From Clostridia bacterium (GTDB taxonomy: Bacteria; Bacillota; Clostridia; Christensenellales; Aristaeellaceae): a stretch of 18,314 nt of DNA. The notes under the pieces were generated by a model that searched no databases, was not told the DNA's origin, and was given only the letters and a program-made list of their open reading frames with translations. Shown piece by piece: positions 7,576 through 15,950 of this stretch. The stretch is taken from the NCBI GenBank assembly GCA_030526225.1, contig JAUNDF010000024.1, positions 1 to 18,314 on the forward strand. The letters run 5' to 3'. Positions within the stretch are counted from its first letter, which is position 1, and each line of letters begins with the position of its first letter. The position numbers were made by a program, and so were the translations under genes.

Positions 7576-10188
7576 ATGCGGATTAAATGGTGTGCCACAA
7601 AGTGGCTGACTCTGCTGCTGATGCTGGTACTGGTGTTTGCAGTAAGTGCGGCACTGGCGGAAGAGCGCCCCGGGTACTTTGTGGTTACGCCCGAGGATGC
7701 CGGATACATGAGCAGCCGTGCTAAAAACGCGGCACCGGATGACACACCGTCTGTATTCGCTCTGCCCAGAACAACGGGGCCAGAATCTACCTACACAGAC
7801 AGCTATGGCACATGGACCTACTGCATCTCCGATGCTTTGGGAGAAGACGCTGCCGCCATTGTCAAATATGAAGGCACTGCAACGAATCTTGTCATCCCTG
7901 CCACGCTTGGCGGTTATCCGACCGAACAGATTCGCGTATAGGCTTTTGCGGGCAATACAAACCTCAGAACCGTTGTTCTGCCTGATACCATTCGCTATAT
8001 TGGTGACGGAGCATTCAAAAACTGTGCCAATCTGAAGAACATCAATCTGGATAAGGTACAGTGGATTGCCACCTTTGCATTCTACGAATGTTCTTCGCTG
8101 GATAATATCACATTGGCAGATAACGCAATGCTGGATGAAAGCTGCTTTGCACATTGCACCGGTTTGACAAGTATTGTTATACCGTATACCACCTATATAC
8201 CCAAGTATATGTTTGCCAAATGCACAGCCTTGACTGATGTCACGCTGCCTTACGGTTTAAAATATATTGAGGATGGTGCATTCAACGGCACAGGTATCCG
8301 CAAAATCACGATTCCCACTTCCGTAAAAAGTATTGAGAAATGGGCATTTTCACAGCTGACCAACCCCAACGTAGAGATCTATTTCGGTCGAAACGAAGAA
8401 GACCTGTGGTTCAGTGAATGGGCATTCCGTGAGTTTCCTGCTAACGGAACCATTTATGTGCCCACCCAATCCTTCAAGCGCAGCCTTGCCCTCAGTGCCG
8501 TCGAAGTTGAATGGGGCAACGTAATTGTATGGCCGGAAATTTCTCCGGTAACGCAAACCGTCGATGTGGGCCAGCAAGCACGATTTACTGTCAATACCGA
8601 CGACACCGGCCTTGAAATTGACAATAATACTATATACCACTGGGAGGTTCGGCGCTGGGGACAGAGTGACTATGAGCCTCTTGCCATCAAAACCGGGGAT
8701 AAAACGCTGACCCTTGCCATTTCGGACAAGACATACGGCAGCTCCCGAATCCGCTGCACTGTTTACGAAAAAGAAAAGAACGGCCGCGTCCGTTCAGTTA
8801 CCACAGACTATGCCAACCTGTATATCCGCGACATGGCAACGGTTTCCCTTTCCGCCAACAAAAACGCCGTTGTTCCCGGCAATACCCTGAAGCTGGCTGC
8901 CTTTGCCGAAAATGTATCCAATCCGAACACCTTCCAATTCTTTATTTCAAGAGACAGCGGTGCCACCTGGAATCTCTACGGAGAGCAAACCAACTGCAGT
9001 GCTTCCACAAGCTTTACAACACTGCCGTTAACCACCGCTGATAATGGTGCCCTGATGTACTGCAAAGTAACAGACAAGGACGGCAGATACGCCGTCAGCA
9101 ACGCCATTGCTGTGAGAATTGTCCCCTTGATGACCGCTTCACTGACCGCCAATCCCAATCCAGCCATCATACTGGAAGACAATTATATCAAGCTCACTGT
9201 CAGCACCAGCAATAGTGTCAGTCCGCTTTCTTTTACATGGCAAACAAAGGCGGCAGGCTCTTCCACATGGGACGATTTGCAAACTACTTCTACTCGTTGG
9301 TTCTACCTCACGCCGACTGTCGCTGATAACGGCTACAGTGTACGCTGCTGCGTACAGGACGCAAACCAGTCCGTGTATACCAATGAGATTACCGTCACTG
9401 TTATCCCCAAACTGTCCGCAACAATCTCCGCCAACAAAACAACACTCATTGCCGGAGAATCTGCCGTCTTTACCGTTACACCTGCCAACAGCACCGCCCC
9501 CATCTCCTACACTTGGCAGTCTTCCACCGACGGTGGAGCAACCTTCTCCACCTTGGGTACCACATCCACAAACACGTACTCCGTATACTATCCAGCCGGG
9601 TCCGACGGCATGCTGGTGCGCTGCCGCATCAGGGATGCCAGCGGCCAGATGGCCACCTCCAACGCCATTGCCATGACCGTTCTCCCCCGCCTGACCGCCA
9701 CCATTTCCCCTGTCAATCCGGCAGTCACCGAGGGGGACAGCGTCACCTTCACCGTGCTTCCCGGACCGGGTGCCACGATTACCGGCTGCACATGGGAAAC
9801 CTCCGCTGACGGCGGCAGTACATGGTCGCCTTTGGCCAACACAGGCACCTCCTATACCATCCCAAGTGTGACTCTGGCAGATAACGGCCTGTCCCTGCGG
9901 GCAAACATCACCGGCACAACCAGCACCGGCATCACGTTCTCTGCAAGGCGCAATGTTCAGCCGAGGGCCACAGAGCAGACATATACCACCAACGTGACCA
10001 CCCTGACCGTAACCCCCAGACCCGTGCCTCCGCAGCCAAACCCGGGGGCACCCGACAATCCCCAGCTCATTCCCAACAAGCCCCTGCCCCAAACCGGCGA
10101 CGATGCGCCGGTGGTGCTGCTGGCTGCTATTGCCGCCATGGCCGCGGCATGCCTTGCCGTGATGCATCGCAGGAAGCGGTTCATGTAA
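7576..10188 (+). pseudogene. Cell-surface protein with signal peptide, BspA-type leucine-rich repeats, about six Ig-like repeats, a Pro-rich stalk and an LPQTG sortase anchor; the reading frame is interrupted by one in-frame TAG at 7939-7941 (pseudogene or read-through/recoded CDS)
   Basis: ORFs 7576-7941 and 8113-10188 share one frame, and the 171 nt between them contain no other stop. GGAGGG SD lies 7 nt before ATG 7576, and the signal peptide is MRIKWCATKWLTLLLMLVLVFAVSAALA. The LRR_5-like units (…IRYIGDGAFKNCANL / …WIATFAFYECSSL / …YIEDGAFNGTG…) begin before the TAG and continue after it. The C-terminus is LPQTGDD (10084-10098), then a hydrophobic helix, then HRRKRFM. Confidence 0.8.
8536..10014 (+). 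repeat. Tandem protein-level Ig-like (I-set-like) domain repeats, about six units of roughly 90-95 aa, inside the surface-protein gene
   Basis: The recurring pattern is …(S/T)A(T/N)…G(D/E)(S/T)(V/A)xFTV…(Y/F)xW(Q/E)…GG(A/S)TW…L…(T/V)xADNGxxxRCxVxD…SNAIxxxV(I/L)P. The units are diverged at the DNA level and are not a perfect tandem DNA repeat. Confidence 0.6.
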
Positions 10189-10202
10189 GCATCATCCCTT
10201 TG

Positions 10203-10245
10203 GAGGAGTCCGCAAATTTACCGGCGGGCTCCTCATTTTCTTTGA
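10203..10245 (+). terminator. Rho-independent terminator after the surface-protein gene
   Basis: GAGGAGTCCGC (10203-10213) pairs with GCGGGCTCCTC (10224-10234) with one mismatch. It is followed by ATTTTCTTTGAATTTTT. Confidence 0.6.
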
Positions 10246-10308
10246 ATTTTTCCCGTTCCTGTGATAAAATGTATATGTTGTGCATTGCAAAAAAGGAGGA
10301 AACACATC

Positions 10309-11634
10309 ATGCGTTTTGACGGACGGAACTATGACGAAGCAAGACCGATTTCCATACAGACCGATTTTATGCGCACCGCCGACGGCAGCTGCCTGATTGC
10401 CACGGGCAACACCCGGGTCATCTGCACCGCCTCTGTGGAGGAAAACGTGCCGCCCTTCCTGCGGGGCAAGGGTCAGGGCTGGGTGACGGCTGAATACGCC
10501 ATGCTGCCCGCCTCCACCGGCCAAAGGAAAAAGCGCGACGGCATCAAGAAGGATGGCCGCAGCGTGGAGATTCAGCGTCTCATCGGCCGCAGCCTGCGTC
10601 AGGCCGTGGATATGAAGCTGCTGGGTGAAAGAACCATCACCCTTGACTGTGATGTGCTGGAAGCCGACGGCGGCACCCGCACCGCCTCCATCACCGGCGC
10701 CATGGTGGCCCTCACCTGTGCCATCGACAAGCTGATGAAATCCGGCAAGCTGGCCGTATCCCCCATTGTGCATCAGGTGGCCGCCGTGTCCTGCGGCGTG
10801 GTGGATGACAACCCCTGCCTGGACCTGTGCTATCAGGAGGACAGCCGCGCACAGGTGGATATGAACCTGATTATGAACGAAAAGGGCGAATTCATCGAGC
10901 TGCAGGGAACCGGCGAAGGCCGCGCCTTCACCCCCGATGAGCTTGCCGCCCTGATGCAGTACGGCAAGAAGGGCATCGAAGCCCTGATGGCCGCCCAAAA
11001 GGAAGCGTTGGGCGAGCGCGCCGCCCTCATCTGCCCCAAGCCTCCGCTGGTGGTGGCCAGCGGCAACGCCCACAAAATCAAGGAGCTGCAGCAGATTTTC
11101 GGCGATTACTACACCGTGGTCAGCATGAAGGCCCTGGGCTTTGATGCCGATATTGAGGAAAACGCCGACACCTTCGTGGGCAATGCCGCCATCAAGGCAG
11201 AGGCCGTGTGCGCCGCACTGGGTCTGCCCACTCTGGCTGATGACAGCGGCCTGAGCGTCAACGCCCTTGGCGGTGAGCCCGGCGTGTACTCCGCCCGCTA
11301 TGCCGGCGAGCATGGCGATGACAAGGCCAACAACCGCAAGCTGCTGGGCAAAATGGAGGGCATCGAGGACCGCTCCGCCGCCTTCAAGTGCGCCATCGCC
11401 CTGAAGATTCCCGGCGAGGACACCATTGTGGTGGAAGGCTCCTGCCCCGGCGTGATTCTCCATGAGGAGCGCGGCACCGGCGGCTTCGGCTACGATCCCC
11501 TGTTCCTCTACGAGCCCCTGAACAAAACCTTTGCTCAGGTCAACGAGGAAGAGAAGAACGCCGTCAGCCACCGCGCCCGCGCCTGCGAAAAGATGCTGAA
11601 GGTGCTGGCCGACCGGAAGGACCTGAAGGCATGA
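10309..11634 (+). CDS. rph: Fusion protein: RNase PH (N-terminal, about aa 1-240) + dITP/XTP pyrophosphatase RdgB/HAM1 (C-terminal, about aa 246-441)
   Basis: I place the start at ATG 10309, with AAAGGAGGA 8 nt upstream. RNase PH blocks are MRFDGR…RPISIQTDF…[17 protein letters not shown]…[11 protein letters not shown]…[14 protein letters not shown]…[19 protein letters not shown]. RdgB blocks are [13 protein letters not shown]…[10 protein letters not shown]…[23 protein letters not shown]…GFGYDPLF…NAVSHRARA. It is a single uninterrupted frame. Confidence 0.9.
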   Translation: MRFDGRNYDEARPISIQTDFMRTADGSCLIATGNTRVICTASVEENVPPFLRGKGQGWVTAEYAMLPASTGQRKKRDGIKKDGRSVEIQRLIGRSLRQAVDMKLLGERTITLDCDVLEADGGTRTASITGAMVALTCAIDKLMKSGKLAVSPIVHQVAAVSCGVVDDNPCLDLCYQEDSRAQVDMNLIMNEKGEFIELQGTGEGRAFTPDELAALMQYGKKGIEALMAAQKEALGERAALICPKPPLVVASGNAHKIKELQQIFGDYYTVVSMKALGFDADIEENADTFVGNAAIKAEAVCAALGLPTLADDSGLSVNALGGEPGVYSARYAGEHGDDKANNRKLLGKMEGIEDRSAAFKCAIALKIPGEDTIVVEGSCPGVILHEERGTGGFGYDPLFLYEPLNKTFAQVNEEEKNAVSHRARACEKMLKVLADRKDLKA

Positions 11635-12113
11635 CCCGCGCGCTGATTATGTCCGACAGCCACGGCACGGAAAACAACCTGCGCTGGCTGCTGTAGCAGG
11701 CATGGAAGCGGGTCGGGCCCGTGGATTACTACCTCCATCTGGGGGATGGCGCCCGGGATTTTGATGCGCTGCAGTCCTTCATCCTGCTCCCCTACCCAAG
11801 GGCGCTTCTGTTCGGCGTGAAGGGCAACTGCGACTGGACGGGCGAAATGTTCCCCGAGGAGCTGCAGCTGCACATCGGCGCCGCCAATGTGATGATGACC
11901 CACGGTCACCGCTACGGCGTAAAGCAGGGCTATGATGTGATTGATACCGCCTCTGCCCGGGCCGGCTGCACCGTGACCCTCTTCGGCCACACCCATCGCC
12001 CGCTGGTGGAGCAGCGCTCTACCCTGCTCATCAACCCCGGCAGCGCCCGGGATGACCGCCTTGCCCTGCTCACCGTACACGATGACGGCCGGGCCGAGGG
12101 GGAAATCCTGTAG
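11631..12113 (+). pseudogene. YsnB/YfcE (MJ0936)-type metallophosphoesterase, 160 codons, interrupted by one in-frame TAG at codon 22 (11694-11696); pseudogene or read-through/recoded CDS
   Basis: The ATG at 11631 overlaps the rph-rdgB TGA (ATGA). The translation is [42 protein letters not shown]…GNCD…THGH…GHTH…, so every calcineurin-like metal-binding motif is present. DxH lies upstream of the TAG and the rest lie downstream. The same frame runs throughout (11631 and ORF 11721-12113). The order rph-rdgB-phosphoesterase mirrors B. subtilis rph-ysnA-ysnB. Confidence 0.8.
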
Positions 12114-12206
12114 TTCTGATTGACGCAGGGCACGGTATCTGTTATAGTACACTTCGTGTCCAACAAGGGGCAGCGTCCCCGCAAACCGACGAAAGAGGAA
12201 AACCGA

Positions 12207-13076
12207 ATGAAATTCATCATTGACATTCTCCGCGGCATGGTCATCGGCCTTGCCAACATCATCCCCGGCGTATCCGGCGGCACTATGATGGTCTCCATGG
12301 GCATCTACGATACCCTGATTCACTGCATCACCAACCTGTTCAAGCAGTTCAAGAAATCCGTGATGACCCTGCTGCCCTACGCGGTCGGCATGGTGCTGGC
12401 CATCGCCCTGGGTGCCTTTGGTCTGAAGGCCGCCTTCGCCAAGTTCGCCCTGCCCACCAACGCCCTGTTCATCGGCCTGATTATCGGCTCCGTGCCCATG
12501 ATTCTCAAGCAGATGAAGGGCAGCAAGAAGGGCATGCCCGGCGTGGTCATCTTCCTGCTGTTCTTTGCCGCTGTGGTGCTGCTGAAGGTCTTTGAGAACC
12601 CCAACAACAAGGTGGGCGTGACCGTGAACCTGTGGTCCATCATCCTGCTGTTCCTGCTGGGCTGCATCTCCTCCGCTACCATGGTCATCCCCGGCGTATC
12701 CGGCTCCATGATTCTCAAGACCCTGGGCTACTATGAGCCCATCGTTACCGACGGCATCACCGGCTTCCTCAGCGCACTGAAGGCCGGCAACATGGACGGC
12801 ATCCTGCAGGGCATCGGCATGCTGCTGCCCTTCGGCATCGGCATTGTGGTGGGCATCTTCGCCATCGCCAAGCTGATTGAGGTGCTGCTGCGCAAGTGGA
12901 AGGGCCTGACCTACTGCGCCATTCTGGGCATGGTGCTGGCCTCTCCCGTGGCCATCCTGATGGCCGGCGAAATCTACGCCGGTGTCAACGCATGGATTAT
13001 TGTAGCCAGCGTGGTGACCTTCGCACTGGGTCTGCTGGTGGCATGGAAGCTGGGCGGCGACCCCGAAAAGGCTTAA
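12207..13076 (+). CDS. DUF368 family integral membrane protein (family recently linked to undecaprenyl-phosphate translocation, PopT-type), 289 aa
   Basis: I place the start at ATG 12207, with AGAGGA upstream. The duplicated hallmark motif is IPGVSGGT (N-terminal half) and IPGVSGS (C-terminal half). The protein is polytopic and hydrophobic throughout. Confidence 0.85.
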   Translation: MKFIIDILRGMVIGLANIIPGVSGGTMMVSMGIYDTLIHCITNLFKQFKKSVMTLLPYAVGMVLAIALGAFGLKAAFAKFALPTNALFIGLIIGSVPMILKQMKGSKKGMPGVVIFLLFFAAVVLLKVFENPNNKVGVTVNLWSIILLFLLGCISSATMVIPGVSGSMILKTLGYYEPIVTDGITGFLSALKAGNMDGILQGIGMLLPFGIGIVVGIFAIAKLIEVLLRKWKGLTYCAILGMVLASPVAILMAGEIYAGVNAWIIVASVVTFALGLLVAWKLGGDPEKA

Positions 13077-13096
13077 TTCATCCGACAATCAAACAA

Positions 13097-13138
13097 GGGC
13101 TGTGAGAAGCATCGTGCCTCTCACAGCCCTTCATTTTT
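13097..13138. terminator. Bidirectional terminator between the convergent DUF368 and EamA genes
   Basis: GGGCTGTGAGA (13097-13107) pairs perfectly with TCTCACAGCCC (13119-13129). A T-run lies on the plus side (TTCATTTTTAT) and an A-rich stretch lies 5' of the stem, which gives a U-run on the minus strand. Confidence 0.7.
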
Positions 13139-14039
13139 ATTCACTTTTCCCGAAGCTGAGCATCACCAGCATCACAAACACGCAGGCAAAGCCGGCGGCA
13201 TCCCACCATGTAAAGGGAGAGCCCAGCCACAGGGAGGAGAGCGCCGCGGCAGCCACAGGCTCTGCAAAGCCGTACAGGCAGGCCTTGCCCGGGCCAATCA
13301 TCCGCACACCGTTCATGTAACAGGTAAAGGCCAGCAGGTTGCCGATGATGACCACCGCCGCAATGCCCAGGGCGATTTCCAGATCAATCACCACGCTGTA
13401 TTCCCACGGGCGGAACAGCACGAGCATCAGCGCGCCGCCCATCAGGAAGCTCCAGCCCTGCAGCATGGATACCGGATGACGGCTGAGCAGCCGCTTGGGG
13501 TACACATTGTACAGCGTCACCGTACCGGCGCACAGCACACCCACCGCCAGCGCCGCCGGAGAAATGGCCAGACTGTCCAGCCGGCCATGGGTCACCAGCA
13601 GCAGCACACCGGCCAGTGCCAGCGCGATGGAGATAACCTCGGTGTGGTTGGGCCGGCGTTTGGCCGCAATGCAGCCGCAGGCCAGAATCATAATCGGGCT
13701 CAAATCCTGCAGAATGGTGGCCACACCGGCGCTGGACAGCTGAATGGTGGAAAAATACAACAGCTGACAGAAGGATACGCCCGCCAGACCGTAAATCACA
13801 AGGTCGATGGCATCCCGCTTTTCCCGCCACGGGGCAAGGGCCGCCTTGCGGTTCTTCAGCAGATGGTACACCAGCAGAATCACCCCCGCCAGAAACAGGC
13901 GGATGGGCGTAAGCCACAGGGCGCTCAGACCCTTTCTGGTAAACAGGTACTGGCCCACCGTGCCGGAAATGCCCCACATGGCACCGCCCGTCAGGGAGAG
14001 AATCGCCCCCAGCGCACGGCTGTTTTTGCTTTGCTGCAT
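13137..14039 (-). CDS. EamA/DMT-superfamily transporter (10-TM permease), 300 aa
   Basis: I place the start at ATG 14039 (MQQSKNSRALGAILSLTGGAMWGISG…). The protein has two EamA-like halves and is hydrophobic throughout. The ORF-track start at 14183 adds a non-membrane, non-conserved-looking 48 aa. Confidence 0.85.
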   Translation of the reverse strand: MQQSKNSRALGAILSLTGGAMWGISGTVGQYLFTRKGLSALWLTPIRLFLAGVILLVYHLLKNRKAALAPWREKRDAIDLVIYGLAGVSFCQLLYFSTIQLSSAGVATILQDLSPIMILACGCIAAKRRPNHTEVISIALALAGVLLLVTHGRLDSLAISPAALAVGVLCAGTVTLYNVYPKRLLSRHPVSMLQGWSFLMGGALMLVLFRPWEYSVVIDLEIALGIAAVVIIGNLLAFTCYMNGVRMIGPGKACLYGFAEPVAAAALSSLWLGSPFTWWDAAGFACVFVMLVMLSFGKSE

Positions 14040-14181
14040 GGGCAAAACATTCCTTTCAAAATAAAATCCATCACACGCCATCAGTCGAAGATGACGGAAG
14101 GCGTAAACACAGCAAACAGTATACTCTGAATCCGGGAAATCATCCAGCGGTTTTTTAATAAATGATGAAATTCTTTCCAGC

Positions 14182-14219
14182 AAAAAGCCCTCCCCCTGCC
14201 GCGATGACAGAGGGAGGGC
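14182..14219 (-). terminator. Rho-independent terminator after the phasin-like gene
   Basis: On the minus-strand RNA, GCCCUCCCUCUG pairs with CAGGGGGAGGGC and is followed by UUUUU (plus-strand A-run 14182-14186). Confidence 0.7.
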
Positions 14220-14242
14220 CGTGTATTTGGTTTTTGAGGGGA

Positions 14243-14674
14243 TTACTCCTCGTCCTTCACTTCGATGACGGGGACCTTTTCCTCTGCCTGCTCAATCCCG
14301 GCAGCGGCGGCTTCCATCTCTTCCCTGGCGGCTTCTGCCACGGGATCATCGTTGATGGACTTTTCGGCGGCCTCCTTGGCGGCCTTTACCTTGGCATCAG
14401 CCTCGTCCAGTGCCTTGCGGATGGCATCGCGGGCCTCCTGGGACAGTGCATCGTAATCAATCTTGCCCAGCTCCTGCAGGCCGTTCTTCACGGATTCACA
14501 GGCGTTGTTGAAGGCCTTCTTCATGTTGTCCACCGTGCCCTTGTTTTCCTCAAGCGCATTCTGACCCTTTTCCACCAGGGTCTTGGCAAGCTCGCTGCCC
14601 TTTTCTGCGATGGTGGCCACGGCACCGATGCCGCCCACGGCAATGTCCTTCAAAATCTTTTCAATATCTGCCAT
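14243..14674 (-). CDS. Acidic, all-helical hypothetical protein, phasin-like (COG3937-like N-terminus), 143 aa
   Basis: I place the start at ATG 14674, with AAAGGAG 7 nt upstream (MADIEKILKDIAVGGIGAVATIAEKGSELAKTLVEKGQ…). The C-terminal half is rich in Glu, Ala and Lys. The functional label rests only on resemblance and is weak. Confidence 0.65.
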   Translation of the reverse strand: MADIEKILKDIAVGGIGAVATIAEKGSELAKTLVEKGQNALEENKGTVDNMKKAFNNACESVKNGLQELGKIDYDALSQEARDAIRKALDEADAKVKAAKEAAEKSINDDPVAEAAREEMEAAAAGIEQAEEKVPVIEVKDEE

Positions 14675-14854
14675 GATGTACTCCTTTTCTCCGCCATGCG
14701 GCGGGTCCGTCACAAATCACTGTACCGTGTGCCGCTCCGGCTGATGCGGCCTGCGGGGCTTTCCTTCCCTCACGGTATGGCATTATTATATACCCTTCCC
14801 TGCCGGGAGAAAAGTATCCTTTTTCACCTTTTTGTGTCAGAAATAGAGTTTGCT

Positions 14855-15943
14855 TTACCAATCCACATGGACCACCGAGCCGCGGCCCTCCTCAAAGGGC
14901 GGCATGGCATAGCCGGTGGAGGCTTCCATCTTCTGAAGCACCCGGGCGGCATCCTCTCCCGCAGCAAGCACGGGCGAATAATCGTTGTACTTTTCATCCC
15001 CGGTGATGGAAATGGGGTGGAAGGCCAGCTCGCCGCTCACAAGCCTGCCGCCTTCAATGTGCAATTTGGTCTGCAGCACCAGCGCATCGGCATCGGCGGG
15101 AATCAGTGTACCGCCGAAGGAGCAGTTGCCGAGGCTGTAGGCCACAGGCACGCCGTCAATCATGTCAAAGCCCTGCACCACATGGGGATGATGGCCCACA
15201 ATCATGTCCGCACCCCCGGCGATGGCCCGGGATACGATTTGATGCTGATAGTCGCTCAAATCCTGCGTGTGCTCCTCCCCCGCATGCATCACGGTGATGA
15301 CCGCCGCACAGCCCAGCTCCTTCAGCAGGGCAATCTGCTGCTTCATTCGCTTGCCCTTGTCACCGGAGGCGGAATACTGCACCCCCACAAAGCCGATGCG
15401 AAGGCCGTCCCGCTCCCAGACCGTTACGCTCTTTTCCGTGAAATACGGAATCTCCGCTGCCTTCAGCGCCTGCTTGGTATCGTTGTAGCCATCATCACCG
15501 TAATCGTGGGTGTGATTGTTGGCCAGGGTGACCAGCTCCACACTGCCAAGGCGCAGAATCTCCGTGTATTCCGTTTTGCCCTGAAAATTGTACTCCTTTG
15601 GGACACGCTTCAGCTTGCGGTCGCTGAGCACACCCTCCAGATTGGCCACGGTGATGTCATCCTCCGCCGTCAAGGGCAGGAGGTTTTGCAGGGGGTATGC
15701 ATAGCCCATGCGTTCCACGGTTTTCACAAAGCCGCGCTCCGCCCCCTGCATCTTCCTCACGCCGCCAAGGGCACAATCCCCCAGAAAGGTGATGACCACA
15801 TCCCCGTCGACAGGCGATGCGGGCAGCAGCAATGCTTCGGGGGGATTGTCAACCGTAAAGGTGTACCACGTTTCCCCCAGTGCTGCCGCCGGAAGCATCA
15901 GCAGGCAGAGCAGGATTGCCGTCCATCTGCGCAGGGGAATCAC
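14855..15943 (-). CDS. CapA / PGA_cap family metallophosphatase-fold protein with signal peptide, 362 aa
   Basis: The signal peptide is (M)IPLRRWTAILLCLLMLPAAALG. Family blocks are FLGDCALGG, ANNHTHDYG, GFVG, VMHAGEEH and VGHHPHVVQG. The start codon is uncertain: the annotated GTG at 15943 lies inside the SD (see finding). Confidence 0.85.
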   Translation of the reverse strand: MIPLRRWTAILLCLLMLPAAALGETWYTFTVDNPPEALLLPASPVDGDVVITFLGDCALGGVRKMQGAERGFVKTVERMGYAYPLQNLLPLTAEDDITVANLEGVLSDRKLKRVPKEYNFQGKTEYTEILRLGSVELVTLANNHTHDYGDDGYNDTKQALKAAEIPYFTEKSVTVWERDGLRIGFVGVQYSASGDKGKRMKQQIALLKELGCAAVITVMHAGEEHTQDLSDYQHQIVSRAIAGGADMIVGHHPHVVQGFDMIDGVPVAYSLGNCSFGGTLIPADADALVLQTKLHIEGGRLVSGELAFHPISITGDEKYNDYSPVLAAGEDAARVLQKMEASTGYAMPPFEEGRGSVVHVDW

Positions 15944-15950
15944 CTCCTTT

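Noticed and set aside
7939-7990. Possible recoding signal downstream of the TAG codons: the CAGAAC-CGTT-GTTCTG hairpin about 25 nt after 7941, and a 4-bp CGGG/CCCG stem after 11696.
   Set aside because: The stems are short and the two sites share no common sequence or structure. Stems of this size are expected by chance in GC-rich DNA. I make no claim of a PYLIS/SECIS-like element.
8536-10014. Ig-like repeat array considered as a hypervariable or DGR target, or as a contingency locus.
   Set aside because: The window contains no reverse transcriptase, no near-identical template/variable DNA repeat pair that I could see, and no simple-sequence tract. The repeats are diverged at the nucleotide level.
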